A stretch of DNA of 35,501 nucleotides from Acidobacteriota bacterium (GCA_016789645.1 JAEUQP010000341.1:1-35501), one strand, 5' to 3'; positions 7,359 through 15,098 are shown, numbered from the stretch's first letter. Notes: generated by a model not told the origin, from the sequence alone. Program-made: numbers and translations.

Positions 7359-9953
7359 ATGGATCGCATTTCTTATGTCAAAGGATTGCTCAATCAACGT
7401 GCGCGAGGCAAAAAAAACACCGCGGCCCAACAGATCGAGGCGCTAAAAAGTCTGCCACGGCGACCTTCTTATGGTGTGCCACCTCAATGGGATGACGGGC
7501 AAGATCATGAAGTGCAGTTGATAACGCTCCGGCCGGAACATCGACGGTTACTGGGTGTAACGGAGGAATTTAAGGAGCCGGTCGGCCAGCTACCCGTGCT
7601 TCGTGTTCCCGATCCCAACCGGCCACCGACGGGAAAATCAGGATTAAGGTTAGCGACGAATGCCTTTGGTTCGGACCTGTTGGAAGGCTTGGCTTCCATT
7701 GCTGCCCAAGTCTCTGACGCTACCGCCGTTGCACCACAACCAAAGCTGCGCATCCGCGTGCAGGCAATAGTTTGCCGTAACGACGATGGCAAATTTTCCA
7801 ATGGTGGTCTGGGGCAGAGCCAGAAGGAACTGGCTTCGGCATTGACGAAGACGTTTGCCCACGTCAACAAAATCTATGAAGGGACCGGGATCGAACTGGT
7901 TTTTTACCCCTCCGCCGATCTCGAAATTCGAAACGATACCCGGCTTAACCAGGACTTCATCGTGCCGGAGTCCGACCGCGCCAAGCTGACGAAAAATCCA
8001 CCGCTTACTGTGGAAGAGATAAATAAACTGATCGAAGAAAAATGGACGATGCATGAACATCGCACCGCAATTGCCAAACAGTATCCTGGCAAAATGGTAT
8101 TACTCTTCGCCGAGGGAACAACTGTTTTCCTGGGCGTACCACCGACGCAAGATGGCTGGCGCTGGTGTAATAAATGTCAAGGGATGTTCTTTTCGGGTGC
8201 GGGCGCCGGCAAATGCCCTGCTGGCAGCGGGCATGACGCTAACGGTAGCGGCAACTACATGCTGACGTTTATGCATGACGAAACTGCGCAACAAACTCAG
8301 GATAACTGGCGATATTGTAAAAAGTGCCAGGGGCTGTATTTTGCCGGAAATAATGCTGGAGTTTGTCCGGCTGGCGCGGCACACGACGGCACGGATAGCG
8401 GCAATTATGTGCTCGGCGTTTCCTCAACTTCCATACCAAATTCTCAGAACAACTGGCGCTGGTGTAAGAAGTGTCAAGGGCTATTCTTCGCTGATAACAA
8501 CGCCGGGAAGTGCCCGGTTAGTAACACTCATGATGCCAGCGGGAGTGGTAATTACAGGCTACTGCTAGCCCACGAACAGGCGCTGCGTTGGGTTATTAGC
8601 TCTCCATCCGGCGGAGGCTTCTCTTCGCATGACATGGAGTTTGCCAAACTCTCCGAATGGGTTCCTGATTCGGACGCGGGGGCAGCCTCATACGCGACCT
8701 TAGTTGCCCACGAAACGGGCCATTTCCTGCACTTATGGCATACGTTCTATCAAATCGGTCTCACCGACCAAGAAAACGGCGATACTAAACTAACCAATGC
8801 TGGCAAGGCTGATATTTTGAGAAAGAGAATTGCCGCAGTTCTGGAGGGGGAGCAAAAGAAGGGCGTGCCAGCCAACAAACTTGTTGACATTCTGGATGCG
8901 GACGCCCAGGTCATTTCCGACACTCCTCCTGATGATGGTGGCGAATACCTATACTATACCAACCTCGTGAATAACACTGGAGACTCATGTGGAACGATTG
9001 GTACCGTTAAATTGACTTTGACCGATGGCACATCAGTCAGCTACACGCCGGATCGTAGCCTGGTGATGAGCTATTTCAAGGGGTGTGTCAACTTCAAACA
9101 GCACTTCTCGCCCAAACAGGCTGAACGCATGCGCAATGCGCTGATCAATGGCAATCGGCGCAGGCTGGTTGGCGTGCAGCTTGGTGACACATCCTATCCC
9201 GGAGAGTACGTGTGCGCTGCGTGGAATCCGAATTCGCAACCGCAGTTCTACACCTGGAATAACACGTTCGAAGAATTCAAGAAGCAGGAAAAGCAAAAAC
9301 GTGCTGAGGGAATGCGACTGCGGTCTCAACAAGCGTATACCGTCAATGGTCAAACGAAATATGACGGCATCTGGAATCCCGGGACGCATGAGCAAACTGT
9401 TATCTGGGGCTGGGCGGTCAATGATTTCAAAGCAAGGGATGCTGAGTTGAAGGGCAAGGGGCTGCGGTTGCGGCATTTCGAGTCTTACTTGCTACCGGAC
9501 GGACAAGTGCGCATAAACGCCATCTGGAATCCCGGCATGCAGTTGCAGGAATGGGTTCAGGGGTGGGCACCCGCTGATTTCATTACTAAGGCAAATGGCA
9601 TGCACCAGAAGGGGTTTCGTCTTGTTCATCTGAACTCCTGGAATATGGCGGACGGACAGTTACGCTTTGATGCTATTTGGGAGCCAGGCACCCAAGCTCA
9701 ATGGGTGCAATTCGACCTGACTGCTGATGCATTCCAGAAGAAATATGGTGAGATGTGGGCACAGGATTTCAAACTGCTATTGCTGGATGCTTACCGCGTA
9801 GGGAATGAGATTCGATTCAACGGTGTCTGGAACCCAGATGCTGGTCCACAGTACGTGGTCTGGAACAAGACCCGTGAACAAGTAAGAGCCGATTATGACG
9901 AGATGTGGCAGCAGGGGATGAAACTCACATCAATGAGTGCAGTCCGTTTGTAA
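7359..9953 (+). CDS. M43 (pappalysin/ulilysin-like) metzincin with an inserted triple Cys/His repeat and C-terminal WNPG tandem repeats
   Basis: ATG after AAAGGAGAG. Zinc motif HETGHFLHLWHTF at aa 451-463 (nt 8709-8747) fits HExxHxxGxxH-TF of M43 except that Gly is replaced by His. ISDTP (aa 519-523) and a Met-turn-like LVMSY (aa 568-572) lie downstream. Three 49-50-aa Cys repeats occupy aa 267-402. The C-terminal 4-5 repeats are of the G(I/V)WNPG type. No N-terminal signal peptide is visible. Confidence 0.75.
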   Translation: MDRISYVKGLLNQRARGKKNTAAQQIEALKSLPRRPSYGVPPQWDDGQDHEVQLITLRPEHRRLLGVTEEFKEPVGQLPVLRVPDPNRPPTGKSGLRLATNAFGSDLLEGLASIAAQVSDATAVAPQPKLRIRVQAIVCRNDDGKFSNGGLGQSQKELASALTKTFAHVNKIYEGTGIELVFYPSADLEIRNDTRLNQDFIVPESDRAKLTKNPPLTVEEINKLIEEKWTMHEHRTAIAKQYPGKMVLLFAEGTTVFLGVPPTQDGWRWCNKCQGMFFSGAGAGKCPAGSGHDANGSGNYMLTFMHDETAQQTQDNWRYCKKCQGLYFAGNNAGVCPAGAAHDGTDSGNYVLGVSSTSIPNSQNNWRWCKKCQGLFFADNNAGKCPVSNTHDASGSGNYRLLLAHEQALRWVISSPSGGGFSSHDMEFAKLSEWVPDSDAGAASYATLVAHETGHFLHLWHTFYQIGLTDQENGDTKLTNAGKADILRKRIAAVLEGEQKKGVPANKLVDILDADAQVISDTPPDDGGEYLYYTNLVNNTGDSCGTIGTVKLTLTDGTSVSYTPDRSLVMSYFKGCVNFKQHFSPKQAERMRNALINGNRRRLVGVQLGDTSYPGEYVCAAWNPNSQPQFYTWNNTFEEFKKQEKQKRAEGMRLRSQQAYTVNGQTKYDGIWNPGTHEQTVIWGWAVNDFKARDAELKGKGLRLRHFESYLLPDGQVRINAIWNPGMQLQEWVQGWAPADFITKANGMHQKGFRLVHLNSWNMADGQLRFDAIWEPGTQAQWVQFDLTADAFQKKYGEMWAQDFKLLLLDAYRVGNEIRFNGVWNPDAGPQYVVWNKTREQVRADYDEMWQQGMKLTSMSAVRL
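8157..8564 (+). repeat. three tandem 49-50-aa Cys/His repeats (coding) inside the metzincin gene
   Basis: WRWCNKCQGMFFSGAGAGKCPAGSGHDANGSGNYML / WRYCKKCQGLYFAGNNAGVCPAGAAHDGTDSGNYVL / WRWCKKCQGLFFADNNAGKCPVSNTHDASGSGNYRL. The spacing C-x2-C-x12-C-x5-H is invariant. Confidence 0.85.
9210..9950 (+). repeat. C-terminal ~50-aa tandem repeats of the WNPG type (BTRD1 / polyglycine-hydrolase N-domain-like), coding
   Basis: Recurrent units of the form ...(K/Q)G(L/F/M)RL...Y...G(Q).(R/K)(I/F/Y)(N/D)(A/G)IWNPG...(Q).V.GW...F. Instances are AAWNPN, DGIWNPG, NAIWNPG, DAIWEPG and NGVWNPD. Confidence 0.6.
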
Positions 9954-10036
9954 TAGCAGATGGCTATCCTAGAAAAATATTATGGCTGACATCGAAACAA
10001 TGATTCCTGGGCCAGGCAATAAGGAGGAGCAGTTAC

Positions 10037-10207
10037 ATGGCAGAGACTCTAACTGTTTCGGTATTGCGACTGGATGATCTGCTCGTGCTGAAGTTTGAGT
10101 TCATCAACTTGGTGCGCAAAGAGATCGTTGACCCGCAACTGGGAAGATCAAAGAAGAAACACTATGCCGGATCAAAATCAGCTAAAAATTGGCAAGATAT
10201 TTCTTGA
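10037..10207 (+). CDS. 56-aa ORF with a strong Shine-Dalgarno, overlapping the start of the next gene; either a real small gene or the displaced N-terminus of the downstream gene
   Basis: AAGGAGG at 10021-10027, then a 9-nt spacer and ATG at 10037. Product MAETLTVSVLRLDDLLVLKFEFINLVRKEIVDPQLGRSKKKHYAGSKSAKNWQDIS*. It overlaps ATG 10164 of the repeat protein in a different frame. It falls below the ORF-track length cutoff. Confidence 0.35.
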   Translation: MAETLTVSVLRLDDLLVLKFEFINLVRKEIVDPQLGRSKKKHYAGSKSAKNWQDIS

Positions 10208-11468
10208 TGGCAAAAATGGAAGCATAACGTCAGGGGCTTTGGGTGGATCAGGTGTGCTTAAGCTCCTTGATAGTGCCGCCAGTGAATCGGTACTCATATC
10301 CGCTGAATCGCCGACGGCTATGGCTCAGCCGATAGCGGTAAAGGGGATAATTAAATTAGGGCAAGGGCAATATGAAGCGGAGGGCAGTAATAAAGGCGGA
10401 GGAAAGGTTACTCTCAAAAACTCCGCGTTAAAAAGTACCGTTAGCCTCGACGGCGAGAATGGCAGGGCACGTCTGGGCGATAGCGGCGTAGACGGCGCGG
10501 TGTCGGTGATCGGAGCTAACGGCGCTCCCGCTGTCGAATTGCTTGCCTTGCCAAAAGAATCTGTGATTGGAGCAGGCACTGCGAATCGTCCGGGGCGGTT
10601 GACGCTGTATAACGGCAACGGCCAGCAAACCGTCAACATCACAACGGCTGATGCCAAATTTTCACTTGGCGGTGGCGGTGTCGCCGGATCAATTTCGGTG
10701 TTTTGGGCTGATGGCAAGCCGTCAGTCGAGTTACTGGCTCGGATCAATGAATCAGTCATTGCCGCAGGGCAGGTCAATCGTCCGGGCCGGTTGACAATGT
10801 ATAACGGCAGCGGCCAACAAACCGTCAATCTCTCCACGACTGACGCCAAGTTCTCTCTCGGCGGTGGCGGCGTGAATGGCTCTTTGTCGGTCCTAGCGGC
10901 TGATGGCTCGCCGTTGATTGAGTTGCTTGGTAAAAAGGATGAATGCGTGATTGGACTTGGCCAATCAAATCGTCCAGGGCGAATCTCCATTTATAACGGC
11001 GGGCAAAACGAGGCCATTCGCCTAGACGGTGTTTCAGGCGATATTTTGCTGATGAATGCCGATTGCGCTGAGGAATTCGATGTCTCTGAATCTGACGTAG
11101 AGGTTGAACCCGGAACCGTGATGGTGCTCGATGAAAACGGTGCGCTCCGCCCAAGCTCGTCAGCATTCGATAGACGAGTGGCCGGCGTCGTTTCAGGGGC
11201 TGGCAAATATAAACCAGGAATTGTGCTCGACCGCCAAGTTTCAACCAAACCGCGTTTGCCGATAGCTCTGGTTGGCAAAGTCTATTGCAACGTAGACGCT
11301 TCATTCGGAGCAGTTCGAGTTGGAGATTTGCTAACAACCTCGGATACCTTAGGCCATGCAATGCGCGCCGACGACCCGCTTAAGGCTTTCGGCGCTGTCC
11401 TTGGGAAAGCTCTCCGTCCTCTGGCTTCCGGACAGGAGATGATCCCTATTCTGGTTGCACTTCAATAG
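10164..11468 (+). CDS. repeat protein (64-aa beta-rich repeats) with a conserved uncharacterised C-terminal module
   Basis: The ORF is open from 10095 (TTG). The first ATG at 10164 gives MPDQNQLKIGKIFLDG... Repeats are NRPGRLT(L/M)YNG.GQQTVN..T.DAKFSLGGGGV.GS.SV...DG.P..ELL. The C-terminal 143 aa start at GDILLMNADCAEEFDV and contain EPGTVMVLDE, VAGVVSGAG.YKPGIVLD, PIALVGKVYC.VDA, VGDLLTTS..GHAM and ends IPILVALQ. The start codon is uncertain and no signal peptide is visible. Confidence 0.75.
   Translation: MPDQNQLKIGKIFLDGKNGSITSGALGGSGVLKLLDSAASESVLISAESPTAMAQPIAVKGIIKLGQGQYEAEGSNKGGGKVTLKNSALKSTVSLDGENGRARLGDSGVDGAVSVIGANGAPAVELLALPKESVIGAGTANRPGRLTLYNGNGQQTVNITTADAKFSLGGGGVAGSISVFWADGKPSVELLARINESVIAAGQVNRPGRLTMYNGSGQQTVNLSTTDAKFSLGGGGVNGSLSVLAADGSPLIELLGKKDECVIGLGQSNRPGRISIYNGGQNEAIRLDGVSGDILLMNADCAEEFDVSESDVEVEPGTVMVLDENGALRPSSSAFDRRVAGVVSGAGKYKPGIVLDRQVSTKPRLPIALVGKVYCNVDASFGAVRVGDLLTTSDTLGHAMRADDPLKAFGAVLGKALRPLASGQEMIPILVALQ
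10392..11036 (+). repeat. about 3.3 tandem copies of a 192-nt (64-aa) coding repeat
   Basis: The anchor AATCGTCC(G/A)GG recurs at 10584, 10776 and 10968, an exact 192-nt period. An earlier, more diverged copy starts near 10392. Confidence 0.8.
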
Positions 11469-11522
11469 ATTCGGCAATTTCAAAATAACATCAACAACTG
11501 TCTAAGTAACAAGAGGAAAACC

Positions 11523-12023
11523 ATGCCAATCTCGGTGAAGAAAAATCTTCTGGCATCTGAAACAGGCTGTTGGCTTTCGCCATATTTCATTGTCAGCAAA
11601 GAGGAGCTAAAGGAAAAATCTGTATTCTACCAAGTTACTCAGGTCTCTGTTTATAATCCTAATGCTACTAAGGTTGATGTCAGAGTAACTTTTCATTATG
11701 AGCAATCGAGCAGGTTTGAATTCTCGTTAAAAATCTTTGGTGGGTTGGCGGCGACTAAAGTAGTTGGCTACCGTAATTGTATGAGCAACATGGATTTTGC
11801 GATATTTCCAGAAACGGAGCCGTGCCAGGTTGGCCGGATAGCTGTTTACAGCCCATTGCCAATATATGCGTGCGGCCAAATCAATATGTTTCAGGAGGGG
11901 CGTTCTAATACCCCACAACCTTATTTTTTCGACCATAGAAGCTATCCGCTAACCTTTCATCCCAATTTCACCGCAGACCCTAATTTTGATTTGCATCAAC
12001 TTACAATTGTACCAGGTGCCTGA
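11523..12023 (+). CDS. hypothetical protein (166 aa), low-GC orphan
   Basis: ATG after AGAGGAAAA. No signal peptide or TM helix. Hand counts of two 60-nt lines gave 33% and 40% GC, against roughly 55-60% in neighbouring genes. Possible distant resemblance to the ASRT-type beta-sandwich family, which is very tentative. Confidence 0.6.
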   Translation: MPISVKKNLLASETGCWLSPYFIVSKEELKEKSVFYQVTQVSVYNPNATKVDVRVTFHYEQSSRFEFSLKIFGGLAATKVVGYRNCMSNMDFAIFPETEPCQVGRIAVYSPLPIYACGQINMFQEGRSNTPQPYFFDHRSYPLTFHPNFTADPNFDLHQLTIVPGA

Positions 12024-12161
12024 CGACACTTATTCCATCTCAGTTTGAATATTGCAATCTGGATAATTTCAATGGCAAGCATCTTTGATTTTCCTTGCCC
12101 TCGTTGATACTGGCTGAAAAACGCTTCAGGTGCCATAAATTCTTGCCTGTAGAGGAAGGAT

Positions 12162-15080
12162 ATGAAGTCCATCACGACTTTGCTTTTAGTTTGTTGCGGT
12201 ACCCTGATCGCTTTTGGCCAGCAACTTACATTACAAGGCACGCTAACGACTGACGCACAATCGCCCGTTCCCGCCACCCGCATTAGCGTTCACGGGATTA
12301 CCAATACAACTGATCAGAAAGGGCAGTACAAGCTTGTCCTGGGCGGCAGTTTCCGCGAGGGTGAGCGAGTGATTATCGCCGTCGAAAAGATCGGCTGGGT
12401 GATCAATTCTCCGCTCGATGGTGAATGGAACCTACCGAACATTCGACTGCAGAATGTCCAAACATTGAAAATCATCCTTGTTCCTAAAGGCTCCAAATCG
12501 CTCTGGTCGCATGCTCGTATCGAGAAACATATCGCCAAGCTGTCTGATGAAATTGCGCGGTTGAAAGAAGATGACGATCAACCGCGCCCGGTTGATTTCA
12601 GCTTCTACCTGCGTGAATGGGCGGAGCAGTACGGCTTTACGCCGGAACAGGTCAAAGCAGCATTTGACGAATGGGCGAAGGCGGTCGAAAAGTCAGACGA
12701 TTATCGTGCGCTTGGGTTGCGCGCTTTCTACCAAAAGAACTTTCCACTCGCGGCGGAAAATTTCGTGAAGGCCGCGCAAAAAGATGAGGGCCAGATCAAG
12801 TCAGTCCAGGAGCAACTTGATAGAAACATTCTTGATGCATACAAGAATCGTAAAGACGCCGGCAGTTCGTTCAAGAACTCGTATCAGTATAAAGAGGCCT
12901 TAGAGCAATACGCCTTTGCCAAGCTTCATCTCGCGGGACTCACCTCGAAGGATAAATATTGGTATGAGCAGGCCCAGATAGAGTTGATGATTGGCAATGC
13001 GACGCGCGATATGGGAAAGGGCATTGACGGGGAAGAAGGAACTCGCTTACTCGCCAAGGCGATGGATTCGTACCAGCGTGCTTTTGTAGGTTTTACCCGT
13101 CAGCGATCGTTGAGAAATTGGGCGCTGACACAGAGGAACTTTGGAGATGCGTTGAAATCGTTAGGCGCGAGGATGGAGGACAACCAAAGCGCAAAGCTAT
13201 TCGCCGAAGCCATCGCTGCCTACCACAACGCTTTGCACGTATACATCCGGGAAAGATTCCCGGAAGACTGGGCGCTGACGCATGGTCGTCTGGGCGATGC
13301 ATTGCGATCGCAGAGCGCAATAATTGAGGATGCTCAAAGCGCAAAGCTGTTGGGTGAAGCTGTTGCGGCATACCAGAGTGCCTTGCTCGTCTATACTCGA
13401 GACAGATCGCAAAATGACTGGGCGTTTACGCAGAACTTATTGGGCCAAGCGTTAAAGTCTCTGAGCGAGAAAACAGAAGGATCTCCAAGCGTGAATCTGT
13501 TAGTCGAGGCTGTAACTGCCCACCGCAACGCCTTGCAGGTTTACACTCGTGAATACCTGCCGGTGGCCTGGGCGCTGACGCAGAACGATCTGGGCAATGC
13601 GTTGGAAGCACAAAGCGCCGCAGTGGAAGACGCTCAAAGCAGAAAGCTGCTGGCGGAGGCTGTCGCCGCTCACCGTCTCGCCTTGCAGGTTGAAACCCGC
13701 GAACGGTCGCCGAAAAGCTGGGCGATAATACAGAGAGGCCTGGGCAGCGCACTTTTAGCGCAAGGTCAGACGATAGCAGGTGAGGAAGGTGCGAACTTGT
13801 TGGCCGAAGCCGTGGTTGCCTATTGCAATGCCCTGCAGGTCAGAACCAGGGAGCAGTCCCCCCGACAATGGGCAGCGGCGCAGAACAGTTTGGGCAATGC
13901 ACTTTTGGCGCAAGGTCAGCGCGGGGCGTCCGCTGAAAGACTGAGGCTGCTAGCCGAAGCCGTAGCTGCCTACCACAACGCTTTGCAGGTCAGAACGCGC
14001 GAGCAATGGCCGCGACAATGGGCTGAGACGCAGGACAAGTTGTGTATTGCATTCTGGTCACAAGGTACCCGGATAGCAGGAACTGAAGGTGCGAAATTAC
14101 TGGCCGAAGCTGCGACGGCTTGTCGCAATGCCCTAGAGGTCAGAACCCGTGAGCAGTCACCGCAGAACTGGGCGGAGACGCAAAGCCATTTGGGAATCGC
14201 ATTATCCTCACAAGGAGTGCGGATAGCTGGCTCTGAAGGTGTGAGGTTACTGGTTGAAGCCGCCGCTGCCTACCGTAACGCATTGCTGGTTATAACCCGT
14301 GATAAATTGCCGCAGCGATGGGCAGAGACTCAGCACAATCTGGGCAGTGCATTGTGGAGGCAAGCTATATTTATGAAAGGTAATGATAGGGAGAGGCTGT
14401 TTGCCGAAGCCGTCATTGCTTACCGCAATGCCTTGCTGGTCCGAACTCCCGACCATTTGCCGGAGAAATGGGCGGAAACACAATACGGGCTTGGCGAAAC
14501 CTACTACTTCTCGGCTAGATGGAGTGACGCTGCGGAATGTTTTGCTAGTCTGTTGGCGCGGCGTCAGACCAATGAAATAGCTACTTTTTCTTATTCACGC
14601 CTGAGTGATATTTACCACGAGAGATTGTTTGAGTACGAATTGGCTTTCAAGCTGCATCAAAAGCGGCTGGCTGATTTCCCTGATAATCTGAATGCATTGG
14701 TTAATTTCGCGGAGACGCATTTTACCACGGGCAGATTTGCCGAATGTGAGCGACGGATCGCGGCGTTGCTTGCCAATCACCAAATCGCGGCGAGCACCTC
14801 ATTAGCCTTGCGTATGATAGACATTGCCAATTCGCTGGCGATGAACCAAGCCGATCAGGTTCCACCCAAACTTGAAGCGATAATTCGAGCCATTACTGAT
14901 CAGCCGGAAAACTTCAAATTTACCTGGACTTTCAATGGCACGCTGCATTTCATGGGGGAGAATGAAAAGTTGGCTGCCTACCGCGATTGGCTGAAGTTGT
15001 TGTTCAGTGCCGCGGAGGGTAAGAACCGCGATGCTGTCCTTAAGGTTTTGCGGGAAGCAAAGGCTGGATTCAAGTGGTAG
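12162..15080 (+). CDS. secreted protein: signal peptide, carboxypeptidase-regulatory-like beta-sandwich, helical linker, ten 50-aa TPR-like repeats, C-terminal helical domain
   Basis: ATG after GAGGAAGG. Signal peptide MKSITTLLLVCCGTLIAFG/QQ. The segment LQGTLTTDAQSPVPATRISVHGITNTTDQKGQYKL fits the CarboxypepD_reg pattern. Repeats follow LLAEAVAAYRNALQVRTREQ.P..WA.TQ.NLG.AL. No Walker or NTPase motif was seen. Confidence 0.85.
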   Translation: MKSITTLLLVCCGTLIAFGQQLTLQGTLTTDAQSPVPATRISVHGITNTTDQKGQYKLVLGGSFREGERVIIAVEKIGWVINSPLDGEWNLPNIRLQNVQTLKIILVPKGSKSLWSHARIEKHIAKLSDEIARLKEDDDQPRPVDFSFYLREWAEQYGFTPEQVKAAFDEWAKAVEKSDDYRALGLRAFYQKNFPLAAENFVKAAQKDEGQIKSVQEQLDRNILDAYKNRKDAGSSFKNSYQYKEALEQYAFAKLHLAGLTSKDKYWYEQAQIELMIGNATRDMGKGIDGEEGTRLLAKAMDSYQRAFVGFTRQRSLRNWALTQRNFGDALKSLGARMEDNQSAKLFAEAIAAYHNALHVYIRERFPEDWALTHGRLGDALRSQSAIIEDAQSAKLLGEAVAAYQSALLVYTRDRSQNDWAFTQNLLGQALKSLSEKTEGSPSVNLLVEAVTAHRNALQVYTREYLPVAWALTQNDLGNALEAQSAAVEDAQSRKLLAEAVAAHRLALQVETRERSPKSWAIIQRGLGSALLAQGQTIAGEEGANLLAEAVVAYCNALQVRTREQSPRQWAAAQNSLGNALLAQGQRGASAERLRLLAEAVAAYHNALQVRTREQWPRQWAETQDKLCIAFWSQGTRIAGTEGAKLLAEAATACRNALEVRTREQSPQNWAETQSHLGIALSSQGVRIAGSEGVRLLVEAAAAYRNALLVITRDKLPQRWAETQHNLGSALWRQAIFMKGNDRERLFAEAVIAYRNALLVRTPDHLPEKWAETQYGLGETYYFSARWSDAAECFASLLARRQTNEIATFSYSRLSDIYHERLFEYELAFKLHQKRLADFPDNLNALVNFAETHFTTGRFAECERRIAALLANHQIAASTSLALRMIDIANSLAMNQADQVPPKLEAIIRAITDQPENFKFTWTFNGTLHFMGENEKLAAYRDWLKLLFSAAEGKNRDAVLKVLREAKAGFKW
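13047..14546 (+). repeat. ten tandem 150-nt (50-aa) coding repeats, TPR-like helical hairpins
   Basis: Units begin LLAKAMDSY, LFAEAIAAY, LLGEAVAAY, LLVEAVTAH, LLAEAVAAH, LLAEAVVAY, LLAEAVAAY, LLAEAATAC, LLVEAAAAY and LFAEAVIAY, with an exact 50-aa period. The central units are also highly similar at the DNA level. Confidence 0.85.
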
Positions 15081-15098
15081 CAAGCGGAAGCTCAGGCG

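Noticed and set aside
10325-10990. 221-aa minus-strand ORF
   Set aside because: It is antisense to the 192-nt coding repeats of the repeat protein. The repeat structure keeps the opposite strand open by chance, and the sense-strand product has the conserved C-terminal module.
13047-14546. Regular tandem repeats that could be mistaken for a CRISPR or satellite array
   Set aside because: The period is 150 nt with no unique spacers. The repeats are in frame and encode 50-aa helical units in one 972-aa ORF. No cas genes are present.
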